Positions 1 through 8,750 of a stretch of DNA of 36,059 nt are shown piece after piece. This DNA is from Patescibacteria group bacterium. Its GTDB lineage: Bacteria > Patescibacteriota > Minisyncoccia > UBA6257 > HR35. The stretch's first letter is position 1, and each line of letters begins with the position of its first letter. The translations under genes and the position numbers were made by a program. Below the pieces are notes generated by a model, which did not search any database, was not told the origin of the DNA, and worked only from the letters and a program-made list of their open reading frames with translations. Location of the stretch: the NCBI GenBank assembly GCA_030550735.1, contig JAUQOT010000002.1, positions 1-36,059 on the forward strand. The letters are read 5' to 3'.

Positions 1-1068
1 CGTTTACCTAAACATCTTTTAGATCCTGTTATTGCAAGAATAAAAGTTATGAGTAATCTTCAATTAGATGAACATTTTCGACCTCAGGATGGAAGAATAA
101 AAACAAAAATTGGTGATTTTGAATTTGATATCCGTGTTGCTATTATGCCAACGCTTTATGGTGAAAAAGCAGTTTTAAGACTTCTTTCTGGAGGGATAAA
201 ACCATCTTCATTGGAAGAACTTGGTTTAATTTCACCAGTAAAAGAAATTATTGAAAAATCTATTAAGAAAACATTTGGAATGATTTTAGTTACTGGGCCA
301 ACAGGTTCAGGAAAAACAACAACTCTTTACACTATTATTACTCTTTTAAATAAACCAGAAGTTAATATCGTTACTATTGAAGACCCTATTGAATACGCTA
401 TCCCTTATGTTAATCAAACTCAAGTTAATCCGAAAGTTGGTCTTAATTTTGCTGTTGGTTTAAGAGCATTTTTAAGACAAGATCCAGATATCATTATGGT
501 GGGTGAGATTCGAGATTCAGAAACAGCTGATGTTGCTGTTCAAGCAGCTTTGACAGGTCACCTCGTTCTTTCTACTCTTCATACAAATGATGCTCCAACA
601 ACAATCCCTCGTTTAATTGATCTTGGTGTTCCTCATTATTTAGTTGCTGATAGTTTAACTTTAATTATTGCTCAAAGACTTGTGAGAAAAATTTGTCAAG
701 ATTGTATTGTCTCCGAATCTCTTTCTTCTGCTAAGAAAAAAATAATTTTAGAACAACTAAAGTCTTTAGAAATTCCTCAGGAAGATATCCAAAATTACGA
801 AACCTCATTAGAAAAAGTTACGATTTTTAGAGGGAAGGGATGTCCAAGTTGTGGTTTTTCTGGTTACCAAGGAAGAACAGGTATTTTTGAGGCTGTTTAT
901 GTTACTGAAGAATTAAGAGAATTAATTGCCAGTAAACAATTTACTTTAAATAAGATCAAAGAAATAATAAGAAAAAATGGTTACCGAACAATGTTTGAAG
1001 ATGGCTTGAACAAAGTTTTTCTTGGGACTACAACTGTCGAAGAAGTTTTAAGAGTTATTCATGAATGA
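1..1068 (+). CDS. pilB: Type IV pilus / type II secretion assembly ATPase (GspE/PilB family), 5' end cut by window edge
   Basis: The frame is open from base 1. RLPKHLLDPVIARIKV precedes the listed Met at 49 and aligns with ITRIKIVSNLRIDEHF of the paralogue at 35150. Motifs: Walker A GPTGSGKTT, Walker B/Asp box DPDIIMVGEIRD, His box TGHLVLSTLHTND, tetracysteine CQDC...CPSCG. Confidence 0.9.
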   Translation, partial: RLPKHLLDPVIARIKVMSNLQLDEHFRPQDGRIKTKIGDFEFDIRVAIMPTLYGEKAVLRLLSGGIKPSSLEELGLISPVKEIIEKSIKKTFGMILVTGPTGSGKTTTLYTIITLLNKPEVNIVTIEDPIEYAIPYVNQTQVNPKVGLNFAVGLRAFLRQDPDIIMVGEIRDSETADVAVQAALTGHLVLSTLHTNDAPTTIPRLIDLGVPHYLVADSLTLIIAQRLVRKICQDCIVSESLSSAKKKIILEQLKSLEIPQEDIQNYETSLEKVTIFRGKGCPSCGFSGYQGRTGIFEAVYVTEELRELIASKQFTLNKIKEIIRKNGYRTMFEDGLNKVFLGTTTVEEVLRVIHE

Positions 1069-2303
1069 AAGTATTTAGTTTTAAAGCTTATGATAATTTG
1101 GGAAGACTAAATAAAGGTAGACTCTTTTTTGAAACCAAAGAAGAATGCCTAGCTTATCTTTTAAGAAATGAACTTACCCCTGTTGAAATAAAAGAACTTC
1201 CTCAAACTTTCTTTTATAATCTCTATTTTAAATTTGCTTTTAGAATTTCATTGAATCAAAAAATTTTTTTAGCAAGAAATCTTTATTTAATTTTGAAATC
1301 TGGTTTAGATTTAACCCAAGGTTTAAGAATTCTTTTAAAGGAAACGAAAGGAAGTTTAGCTGATTTTTTATATTATCTTAGTTATAATCTTCAAAAAGGT
1401 GAACCATTTTATAAAACTTTTGCAGCCTTTCCTTCAATTTTTTCTGAAGTTGAAGTTGAAACTATTAAATCAGGAGAGATTTCTGGTAATTTAGCTGAGA
1501 ATCTTCTTCGTTGGGTAGAGAATTTAGAGAAAAAAAGGGAAATAAGATCAGAAATTATAGGAAATCTTATTTATCCGGTTATTGTCCTTATAATGGCTTT
1601 AGGAGTAGTTTTTCTTTTAATAACTTTTGTTTTACCAAAAATAGGTATTTTAATACGTGAACTTTCTGATAACCCACCCCTTTTTACTAAATTTCTTCTT
1701 TTAGTTTCTGATTTTACCAATGCTAATCTTAATTTAATTATTTTCTCAGCCTTAATATTTCTTTTTGTTTTTTTGATTTTAATTAGTTTGAGATCAACAA
1801 GGAAGTATCTTACCTTGCTTCTAATTGAACTCCCAATTTTTTCTAAGATTTATCTTTATTTTGGTTTAAGCGATTCTCTTTTTGTTTTGCATTCTCTTTT
1901 AAAATCGGGAATTTCTCTTCCTCAAGCATTACGTCTTACTTCGAAAACAACTTTCCATCCTAAACTCAAAGAGGCTCTAATTAGTACTGAGAAAAAAATT
2001 GTTGCCGGAAAAAAATTGGGTGAAGCTCTTTTAGAAGAAAAAACAATCCCCTCAATTTTAAGTAGTATTTTAGGAATTGCTTCAGAAACTGGAAATCTTG
2101 AAGAAACTCTTTTAATTATGGAAAATTATTACCGCCAGGAAGTTAGGAATTTAGTTCAGAATTTATTAACTCTTCTCCAGCCGGCTCTTTTAATTTTTGT
2201 TGGAATAGTTGTTGGTTTTGTTGCTTTAGCTGTTCTTATCCCTATCTATCAACAAATATCAACTCAACTTCAAGCACCAGGTGCACCAGGTGGTGGATTT
2301 TAA
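1065..2303 (+). CDS. pilC: Type II secretion system F-family inner-membrane platform protein (PilC/GspF)
   Basis: 412-aa polytopic protein with two T2SS-F-like halves. Its start overlaps the upstream ATPase stop (ATGA), the canonical pilB-pilC order. Confidence 0.85.
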   Translation: MKVFSFKAYDNLGRLNKGRLFFETKEECLAYLLRNELTPVEIKELPQTFFYNLYFKFAFRISLNQKIFLARNLYLILKSGLDLTQGLRILLKETKGSLADFLYYLSYNLQKGEPFYKTFAAFPSIFSEVEVETIKSGEISGNLAENLLRWVENLEKKREIRSEIIGNLIYPVIVLIMALGVVFLLITFVLPKIGILIRELSDNPPLFTKFLLLVSDFTNANLNLIIFSALIFLFVFLILISLRSTRKYLTLLLIELPIFSKIYLYFGLSDSLFVLHSLLKSGISLPQALRLTSKTTFHPKLKEALISTEKKIVAGKKLGEALLEEKTIPSILSSILGIASETGNLEETLLIMENYYRQEVRNLVQNLLTLLQPALLIFVGIVVGFVALAVLIPIYQQISTQLQAPGAPGGGF

Positions 2304-2342
2304 TTGAAAATCTAAAAATTTTAGATAAAATTTATAATAATT

Positions 2343-3821
2343 ATGGATAAAGTTGAAAAATTGAAAATAACCAGAGAATTAGGTTATGATCCTTATCCAC
2401 CAAATTCGCCTCGTTTGATTCAAATAAACGATTTTCTTAAAAATTTTTATCAGTTTTTGAAAAATAAAAAAAAGAAGATTTGGCTTGGAGGAAGAGTAAT
2501 GGCTCTTAGAGAACATGGGGGAATAATTTTTGTTGATCTTAAAGATTTTAGCGGTAAAGTTCAAATAATATTAAAAAAAGATTATACAAAGGAATTTGAA
2601 AATTTTGAAAAAATTGCTGATATTGGAGATTTTTTCTGTTTTTATGGGAATGCTTTCTTACCTCAAAGCAAAGAAAAAAGTCTTTTAGCTTCAAAATGGT
2701 TTTTACTTACAAAATCTCTTAAAAATTTTCCAAAAGAATACTACAAAGTTAGAGATGAAGAACTTCTTGTTAGAAAGCCATATTTGAAAACTATTTTTTA
2801 TGATGAAGAAAAAGAAACTTTTTATTTAAGATTTAAAATTTTGGAAGAGCTTAGAAAAATTCTGTGGAGTTATGGATTTTTAGAAGTTGAAACTCCAATT
2901 TTACAAACTCATTATGGTGGTGCTTTAGCAAGACCATTTGTTACTTATTTAGAAGCTTTAAAACAAAAACTTTATTTAAGAATTGCTCCAGAAATTTATT
3001 TAAAAAAAATGCTGGTAGGTTCATTTGAAAAAATTTTTGAAATAGGTAAAGATTTTAGAAACGAAGGTATTGATAGAGAACATAATCCTGAATTTACGAT
3101 GATAGAACTTTATTGGGCTTATCAAAATATGGAGGGCTTAATGGAATTTACAGAAAAAGTTATTAAGGAGTTGGTTAAAAGAATTAATTTAATCAAAGCT
3201 CAGCTTAAAGGAAAAAAAATTAAAAAATCGGATCTGTATAAAATTGAATTTCAAAATAAAGTAATTGATTTAGGAAAAAAATGGAGGGTTTATGAATATG
3301 TGAGTATTTTAAAGGAAAAAACGGGATTAGATTATTTTAATAATGATCTTAAAGATTTTCTCGAACTCACCAAAGAAAAAAAAATTGAAGTTAATCCCAA
3401 AATAATGACAAAAGGTAAGATTGTAGATGAAATATTCAAAAAATTAATTAGACCCTATTTAATTGAACCAACGTTTGTTATCTATCATCCTAAAGATCTT
3501 TCCCCGTTAGCTAAATCTCACCCCCAGAAGCCTGAATTGACCTTAAGATTTCAAATTTATTTAGCTGGTTTTGAAATTGCTAACGCTTTTGGTGAGCTTA
3601 ATGATCCACTTGATCAAAAGGAAAGATTTTTAAAAGAAGCTGAAGAATTAAAAAAGGGTAATCCTGAAGCTCATCCTTATGATGAAACATTTATTGAGGC
3701 TTTAGAATATGGAATGCCACCGGCTGCAGGCTTGGGAATAGGTTTAGATAGATTAATAACTATTCTTTTAAATAAGTCTTCAATTAAAGACGTGATTTAT
3801 TTTCCGTTTGTTAAGTTTTAA
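2343..3821 (+). CDS. lysS: Lysine--tRNA ligase, class II
   Basis: N-terminal OB fold (GRVMALREHGGIIFVDLKD). Class II core motifs FRNEGIDREHNPEFTMIELY and GLGIGLDRLITIL. Confidence 0.9.
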   Translation: MDKVEKLKITRELGYDPYPPNSPRLIQINDFLKNFYQFLKNKKKKIWLGGRVMALREHGGIIFVDLKDFSGKVQIILKKDYTKEFENFEKIADIGDFFCFYGNAFLPQSKEKSLLASKWFLLTKSLKNFPKEYYKVRDEELLVRKPYLKTIFYDEEKETFYLRFKILEELRKILWSYGFLEVETPILQTHYGGALARPFVTYLEALKQKLYLRIAPEIYLKKMLVGSFEKIFEIGKDFRNEGIDREHNPEFTMIELYWAYQNMEGLMEFTEKVIKELVKRINLIKAQLKGKKIKKSDLYKIEFQNKVIDLGKKWRVYEYVSILKEKTGLDYFNNDLKDFLELTKEKKIEVNPKIMTKGKIVDEIFKKLIRPYLIEPTFVIYHPKDLSPLAKSHPQKPELTLRFQIYLAGFEIANAFGELNDPLDQKERFLKEAEELKKGNPEAHPYDETFIEALEYGMPPAAGLGIGLDRLITILLNKSSIKDVIYFPFVKF

Positions 3822-5101
3822 TGATTAAATCAGAAGAAGTAAGAAAAATATTTTTAGATTTTTTTGCTAGGAGAGGTCATAAAATTGTTTCTTCATCGTC
3901 ATTAATTCCTTATGATGATCCTTCAGTTCTTTTAACTACAGCTGGTATGCAACAATTTAAAAAGTATTACACTCGAGAAAAAGATGCTCTAAAAGATTTT
4001 GGAACGCAAAGAACAACATCTATTCAAAAATGTTTTCGAACAACTGATATTGATGAAGTTGGTGATGAAAGACATTTAACCTTTTTTGAAATGCTAGGTA
4101 ATTTTTCTTTTGGTCCTGTTGGTACTGATGATCCAGAGGATTTTGGTATAGTTGGCTATTTTAAAAAATCAGCTATTTATTGGGCTCATGAATTAATTAC
4201 TAAAGAATTTGGATTGAAAATTGATTATGTAACCGTCTTTGGAGGAGAAGAGAACGTCCCTTTTGATGAGGAAAGTTTTAAGTTTTGGCAGAATCTAGGT
4301 TTTAGTCAAGATAAAATTCTAAAAAAGGGTAGGGAAGACAATTTCTGGGGACCAACAGGGGATGAAGGTCCTTGTGGACCAACAACAGAAATTTATGTTG
4401 ATGGTTTGGAAATATGGAATTTAGTTTTTAACGAATACTATCAAGATAAAAATAAAAATTTAAAAAAGTTAGAATTTCCTGGAGTAGATACAGGAATGGG
4501 GCTTGAAAGATTAATGAAAGTTTTACAAAAAACACCAACGATTTTTGAAACCGATCTTTTTCTTCCTCTAAAAGAAGTTTTAGATAAATTTTCCGATAAC
4601 GAACGAAGAAAAAGAATAATTATGGATCACTTAAGAGGAAGCGTATTTTTAATTGCTGACGGTTTATATCCAAGCAATCTAGAAAGAGGTTATGTTTTAA
4701 GAAGAATTTTAAGAAGACTTAGACTTCACGCTAAATTTTTAAATCTCACTTTTGATATTCTTGAAGAGTTAATAAAAAAAACAATTGAAAAATATAGTGA
4801 GTTCTATCCCGAATTAAAAAATTTTGAAAAAATAAAATCTATCTTTTTTGAAGAACTAAATAATTTCGAGAATACCTTAAACCGTGGTCTAAGAGAGTTT
4901 GAAAAATTAATCAAAGAAAATGATTCTCCAGAAATCTTAGGAGAAAAAGTTTTTCTTCTGTATACTTCATATGGGCTTCCCAAGGAAATTTCTTTAGAAC
5001 TTCTTAAAGAAAAAGGAATTTTATGGGATAATAATTCAGAGAAAGTCTATCAAGAATTATTTAAAGAACATCAATTAATTTCTAAAGGAAATAATGGCTA
5101 A
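3821..5101 (+). CDS. alaS: Alanine--tRNA ligase, catalytic plus tRNA-recognition domains only (no editing or C-Ala domain)
   Basis: AlaRS signatures FLDFFARRGHKIVSSSSLIP, TTAGMQQFK, FFEMLGNFSFG, GPCGPTTEIY, EIWNLVFNEY and VDTGMGLERL. The ORF ends at 426 aa. TAATG junction with lysS. Confidence 0.85.
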   Translation: MIKSEEVRKIFLDFFARRGHKIVSSSSLIPYDDPSVLLTTAGMQQFKKYYTREKDALKDFGTQRTTSIQKCFRTTDIDEVGDERHLTFFEMLGNFSFGPVGTDDPEDFGIVGYFKKSAIYWAHELITKEFGLKIDYVTVFGGEENVPFDEESFKFWQNLGFSQDKILKKGREDNFWGPTGDEGPCGPTTEIYVDGLEIWNLVFNEYYQDKNKNLKKLEFPGVDTGMGLERLMKVLQKTPTIFETDLFLPLKEVLDKFSDNERRKRIIMDHLRGSVFLIADGLYPSNLERGYVLRRILRRLRLHAKFLNLTFDILEELIKKTIEKYSEFYPELKNFEKIKSIFFEELNNFENTLNRGLREFEKLIKENDSPEILGEKVFLLYTSYGLPKEISLELLKEKGILWDNNSEKVYQELFKEHQLISKGNNG

Positions 5102-6647
5102 ATCAAGATCTTACATTTATTTAGAAGGAACAGAAGAACTTGGTGATATTTTAGAGATAATAAGTAAAACTAAAGATGATGAAATAATTTTAGTTGTTCC
5201 TAAAAATTTTAAAGTTCTTAAACACCCGAAAAATTTGGAAATTTTTCAAAGAGAAGTGGAGAGATTAAAAAAAGAAGTTTTCTTAGATTCTGAAGATAAA
5301 GAATTTATCAATTTAGCTTCAAATTTAGGACTAAATATCTTTCTAAAAGATTTTGCTTTGGAGGAACCTAAGATTATTGATGTTAAACCACCAAAGAGTA
5401 AAATTCTTGAAAAAGAATCGATGACAAGTTCAGTTAAAGTATCTTACCAAACTCCCAAACCATTATTTAGAATACACCTTAATTTTAGGCTTTTTAAAAA
5501 ATTAGGTCTTTTTTTGGGTTTTTCGATCTTTATTTATTTTCTTTTTACTTTTCTTTTTGGTCTTATTCAAACTCGAGCGGTTATTAGTATGGTTTTAGAA
5601 AGAAAAACTGAAGATTTTAATGAAATAATTACTCTAAAAGAAAATTTAGTTCAGATTGATTATCAAAACAAAATCCTTCCTGCTAAAAAAATTGTTATTG
5701 AAAAAGCAACTAGCGAAGAAATTGAGACAACAGGATTAACTACAGAAGGAGGTTTTCTTCCTAATCTTAAAGTAGTTTTTTATAACAAACTAAATAATTC
5801 TTTTCCTTTGGTTCAAGGAACAAGACTTGAATATGAAGGAAATGTTTTTAAAACCTTAAATCGCGTAGTTTTAGAAAAAGGATCAGAAGAAAATCCTTCT
5901 CAAACTTTGATCGAAGCAGTTCCCTTTGAAATCAAAAATCAAAATCTTAATCTTCCTAAAGGAACGAAATTGAAAATTGTTGCATTGGAAGGCAAAGAAT
6001 ATGAAAAAGGAAAATTATGGTCTGATATTTTATATGCTGAAGTTTATGAAGATTATAAACCAAATATAGAAAAAGAAACAAAAACAGTTACCCCCAATGA
6101 TTTAACTAATTTAAGACTGACATTAGAAAAGAAAATTAAAGATGTCTTGAAAGGAGAACTTGTAGTTCTTTATCCCAATAAACTTTATTTAGACGATGAT
6201 TCTCTTTATTCTTTTGAAATTTTAAATGTTTCGCATAAAGTAGGAGAAAAAACAAATAAAATTTCTGGTTTAATTCAAGGTAAACTGGAGACGATGGTTT
6301 TTTCTCAGAACGAAATAGAGTCCTTAATAAAAAATATTATTTTTGAAAAATTAGCTGAAGAAAAAGAAATGTTTATGATTAATAAACTTGAGATAAATTC
6401 AATTTCTTTAATTGATTATGATTTTAAACAAAATTTAATGAAGATTTCCGTTAAAGGAAAGGTAGAATTAACTCCAAATTTGAGTGAAGAAATTATTAAA
6501 AATCAAATTAAAGGAAAAACACTTAAAGAAATAACTGATTATTTTTCCAAAATTAAAGGTGTGAAAGAAGCTAACATTAAAATCTGGCCAGCTTGGCGCG
6601 ATAGATTGCCTTTAGATCCTACAAGAATTCAAATTCTTATGAGATAG
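5094..6647 (+). CDS. Hypothetical single-pass membrane protein (about 130-aa cytoplasmic N-domain, one TM, about 350-aa external domain)
   Basis: 517-codon open frame in stop-rich AT-rich DNA. 8-nt overlap with the alaS stop. Hydrophobic segment LGLFLGFSIFIYFLFTFLFGLIQ. I recognised no catalytic motif. Confidence 0.6.
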   Translation: MAKSRSYIYLEGTEELGDILEIISKTKDDEIILVVPKNFKVLKHPKNLEIFQREVERLKKEVFLDSEDKEFINLASNLGLNIFLKDFALEEPKIIDVKPPKSKILEKESMTSSVKVSYQTPKPLFRIHLNFRLFKKLGLFLGFSIFIYFLFTFLFGLIQTRAVISMVLERKTEDFNEIITLKENLVQIDYQNKILPAKKIVIEKATSEEIETTGLTTEGGFLPNLKVVFYNKLNNSFPLVQGTRLEYEGNVFKTLNRVVLEKGSEENPSQTLIEAVPFEIKNQNLNLPKGTKLKIVALEGKEYEKGKLWSDILYAEVYEDYKPNIEKETKTVTPNDLTNLRLTLEKKIKDVLKGELVVLYPNKLYLDDDSLYSFEILNVSHKVGEKTNKISGLIQGKLETMVFSQNEIESLIKNIIFEKLAEEKEMFMINKLEINSISLIDYDFKQNLMKISVKGKVELTPNLSEEIIKNQIKGKTLKEITDYFSKIKGVKEANIKIWPAWRDRLPLDPTRIQILMR

Positions 6648-6654
6648 AAGAATT

Positions 6655-6665
6655 TATGGTAAAAT
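6655..6665 (+). promoter_or_regulatory. Putative extended -10 promoter element TATGGTAAAAT upstream of the KH/trmD operon
   Basis: Same 11-mer as upstream of gyrB, located in the 54-nt spacer before the ATG at 6702. Confidence 0.4.
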
Positions 6666-6701
6666 TTAAAAAAGGTCGTTTTTAAAGAAAAGAAAGCAAA
6701 G

Positions 6702-7028
6702 ATGGCAAATAATAATCTTCCTCCATATCAAAAATTGTTAGAAGAAATTTTAAGATCTTTGGTTAATAATCCAGAATCTGTTCAAATAAATAGAAAAATA
6801 GACGAAATGGGCGTTCTTCTTACTATTAAAGTTCATCCCCAAGATATGGGAATTATTATTGGAAGAAAAGGCTCGACTTTAAATGCAATTAAGCATCTTA
6901 TTAAAGCCGTAGGCATTAAAAATCACGCCCGAGTGAATATTCGGGTTGAAGAACCTTCATTCATCGAAAAATCTACTTTAACAAGTGAAGATGTAATTAA
7001 AAATTTGAAAGAAAAGCTTAATGAATGA
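6702..7028 (+). CDS. KH-domain RNA-binding protein (YlqC-like)
   Basis: 108 aa with the GxxG loop IIIGRKGSTLNAIK. It sits immediately upstream of trmD, as in the bacterial rpsP-KH-rimM-trmD cluster. Confidence 0.8.
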   Translation: MANNNLPPYQKLLEEILRSLVNNPESVQINRKIDEMGVLLTIKVHPQDMGIIIGRKGSTLNAIKHLIKAVGIKNHARVNIRVEEPSFIEKSTLTSEDVIKNLKEKLNE

Positions 7029-7684
7029 TAAGATTTGATATTATTTCTCTTTTTCCTGAAGCATTTTCTTATCTCGAAACATCATTAATTAAAAAAGCTC
7101 AAGAAAAAAATATTCTCAAAATAAAGATTTGGAACCCAAGAGATTTTACTTTTGATAAGCATAAAACCGTTGATGATAAACCTTATGGTGGGGGACCAGG
7201 AATGGTTATTAAGTTTGAACCGATTTATTTAGCTTTAAAAAAAGCTAAAGATGAATTTAAAACAAAGAAAAGAAAAATTATTTTAACTCATCCAGCAGGA
7301 AAAATCTTTGATCAAAAATTAGCTAAAAAATTGAGTAATGAAAAACAAATAATTATTATTTGCGGTCATTATGAAGGTATTGATGCTCGGATAGAAAAGT
7401 TTGTTGATTTAAAAATTTCTTTGGGAAAATTTATGCTTTCTGGAGGAGAAATTCCGGCAATGGCTATTATTGATGCGGTTTCAAGATTTGTTCCTGGTTT
7501 TTTACATAATCCTCTTTCTTTAGAGGAAAAAAGATTCGGTAGGCTTTATTCTTTACCTGTTTATACAAGACCACAAGAAATTAATATAAACGGAAAAAAA
7601 TTAAAAGTTCCTAAAGTTCTTCTTTCGGGTAATCATAAGTTAATTGAAGAGTGGCGGAAGAAACATTTAAAAAAAATTTTGTAA
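7025..7684 (+). CDS. trmD: tRNA (guanine37-N1)-methyltransferase
   Basis: Motifs YGGGPGMV, CGHYEGIDAR and LSGNH. ATGA overlap with the KH gene. Confidence 0.9.
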   Translation: MIRFDIISLFPEAFSYLETSLIKKAQEKNILKIKIWNPRDFTFDKHKTVDDKPYGGGPGMVIKFEPIYLALKKAKDEFKTKKRKIILTHPAGKIFDQKLAKKLSNEKQIIIICGHYEGIDARIEKFVDLKISLGKFMLSGGEIPAMAIIDAVSRFVPGFLHNPLSLEEKRFGRLYSLPVYTRPQEININGKKLKVPKVLLSGNHKLIEEWRKKHLKKIL

Positions 7685-7697
7685 AATTATAATATAA

Positions 7698-7770
7698 GCC
7701 GCGATAGCTCAGTGGTTAGAGCGGGCGTCTCATAAGCGCCAGGTCGTGGGTTCGAATCCCACTCGCGGCA
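7698..7770 (+). tRNA. tRNA with CAT anticodon (elongator Met, or Ile2 if lysidine-modified)
   Basis: Hand-folded cloverleaf: GCCGCGA/TCGCGGC acceptor, anticodon loop CTCATAA, T-arm GTGGG-TTCGAAT-CCCAC. No encoded CCA. Confidence 0.9.
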
Positions 7771-7771
7771 T

Positions 7772-7844
7772 GCCCCTGTAGCTCAATAGGAAGAGCAGCT
7801 CCCTTCTAAGGAGAAGGTTGGAGGTTCGAATCCTCCCAGGGGCA
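7772..7844 (+). tRNA. tRNA-Arg (TCT)
   Basis: Acceptor GCCCCTG/CAGGGGC, anticodon loop CTTCTAA, T-arm GGAGG-TTCGAAT-CCTCC. Only 1 nt separates it from the preceding tRNA. Confidence 0.9.
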
Positions 7845-7852
7845 AAATTTTG

Positions 7853-7923
7853 TGGACCCAGAGGGAATTGAACCCTCATCTCCTCCATGCGACGGAGGTG
7901 TTTTGCCGTTAAACTATGGGCCC
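7853..7923 (-). tRNA. tRNA-Ala (CGC)
   Basis: The reverse complement folds with acceptor GGGCCCA/TGGGTCC, giving the G3:U70 identity pair. Anticodon loop GTCGCAT, T-arm GAGGG-TTCAATT-CCCTC. Confidence 0.85.
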
Positions 7924-8750
7924 TAAAAAGGAAGTTTATATTCTATTAATTTAAATAAATTTTCAAAAAGTTTAGCTACAAGAATTGGCCCAGTTCCTCC
8001 AGGTGTTGGTGTTATTAAATAGGCTTTGTTTTTTAATTTATCAAAATCAGCATCTCCATAAATTTTGTCATTTTCAAATGAGTAACCGAAATCAATTATA
8101 ATTGCTCCCTCTTTACAATCATTAATTAACCTTGATTTACCAACACCAGAGATTATTACATCAGCATCTTTTAAAAAATACTCTAGTTTATTGTTTTCCT
8201 GTAAAATTATTACTCCAGCCCCCTCTTTAGCTAAATAATGCGATATTGGTTTTCCAATTAATCGCCCATAACCAACTACTAAAACAATTTTTCCTTTGAA
8301 TTCAAGATTATATTTTTCTTTTATAAATTTAACAACCTCAACAGATGGTGGATTTATTACGGGCGAATTAGAAAAAAACTTTCCTAAAAGTCTGCTTGAT
8401 AAACAATCAATATCTTTTCGCGGAGGAATAGTATTAAGAATATATTGAGTTGGATATTTTGAAGGAATAGGAAGTTGAATTAAAGCACCATTAATTGTTT
8501 TATGTCTTACAATTTGGCTTATATATTTTCTAATCTTTCGACGGTTAAGGTTTTCATAATTATCGATTTCATAAATTCTAAATTCGATATCTAATTTTTC
8601 CGCAAATGATTTTTTTATTTTTAGAAAACTTTCTTTTTCTTTGTCTTTTCCAATAAGAAAAGCAGCAATTTTAAGTTCATTATAATTTTTTCTTTTTTCT
8701 TTTAATTCTTCTAAAATCTCTTCAGCTAATTTTTTTCCGTCGATTATCAT
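7923..8750 (-). CDS. folD: Bifunctional methylenetetrahydrofolate dehydrogenase/cyclohydrolase
   Basis: N-terminus MIIDGKKLAEEI. Rossmann segment VVGYGRLIGKPISHYL and C-terminal TPTPGGTGP, typical of FolD. Confidence 0.85.
   Translation of the reverse strand: MIIDGKKLAEEILEELKEKRKNYNELKIAAFLIGKDKEKESFLKIKKSFAEKLDIEFRIYEIDNYENLNRRKIRKYISQIVRHKTINGALIQLPIPSKYPTQYILNTIPPRKDIDCLSSRLLGKFFSNSPVINPPSVEVVKFIKEKYNLEFKGKIVLVVGYGRLIGKPISHYLAKEGAGVIILQENNKLEYFLKDADVIISGVGKSRLINDCKEGAIIIDFGYSFENDKIYGDADFDKLKNKAYLITPTPGGTGPILVAKLFENLFKLIEYKLPF

Noticed and set aside
1065-1068. Alternative genetic code (UGA recoding, as in some candidate phyla)
   Set aside because: TGA functions as a stop at well-defined gene ends (pilB/pilC ATGA, KH/trmD ATGA, serS/archease). 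All conserved proteins are full length under the standard code.
5094-6647. The downstream ORF as the detached editing/C-Ala half of a split AlaRS
   Set aside because: It has a TM segment, almost no His or Cys, and no HxxxH or CxxxH editing motifs. It does not resemble AlaRS or AlaX.
7698-7770. tRNA(CAT) as the initiator tRNA-fMet
   Set aside because: Positions 1:72 form a normal G:C pair rather than a mismatch. The anticodon stem (GGCGT/GCGCC) lacks the three consecutive G:C pairs typical of bacterial initiators. Met versus Ile2 cannot be decided by eye.
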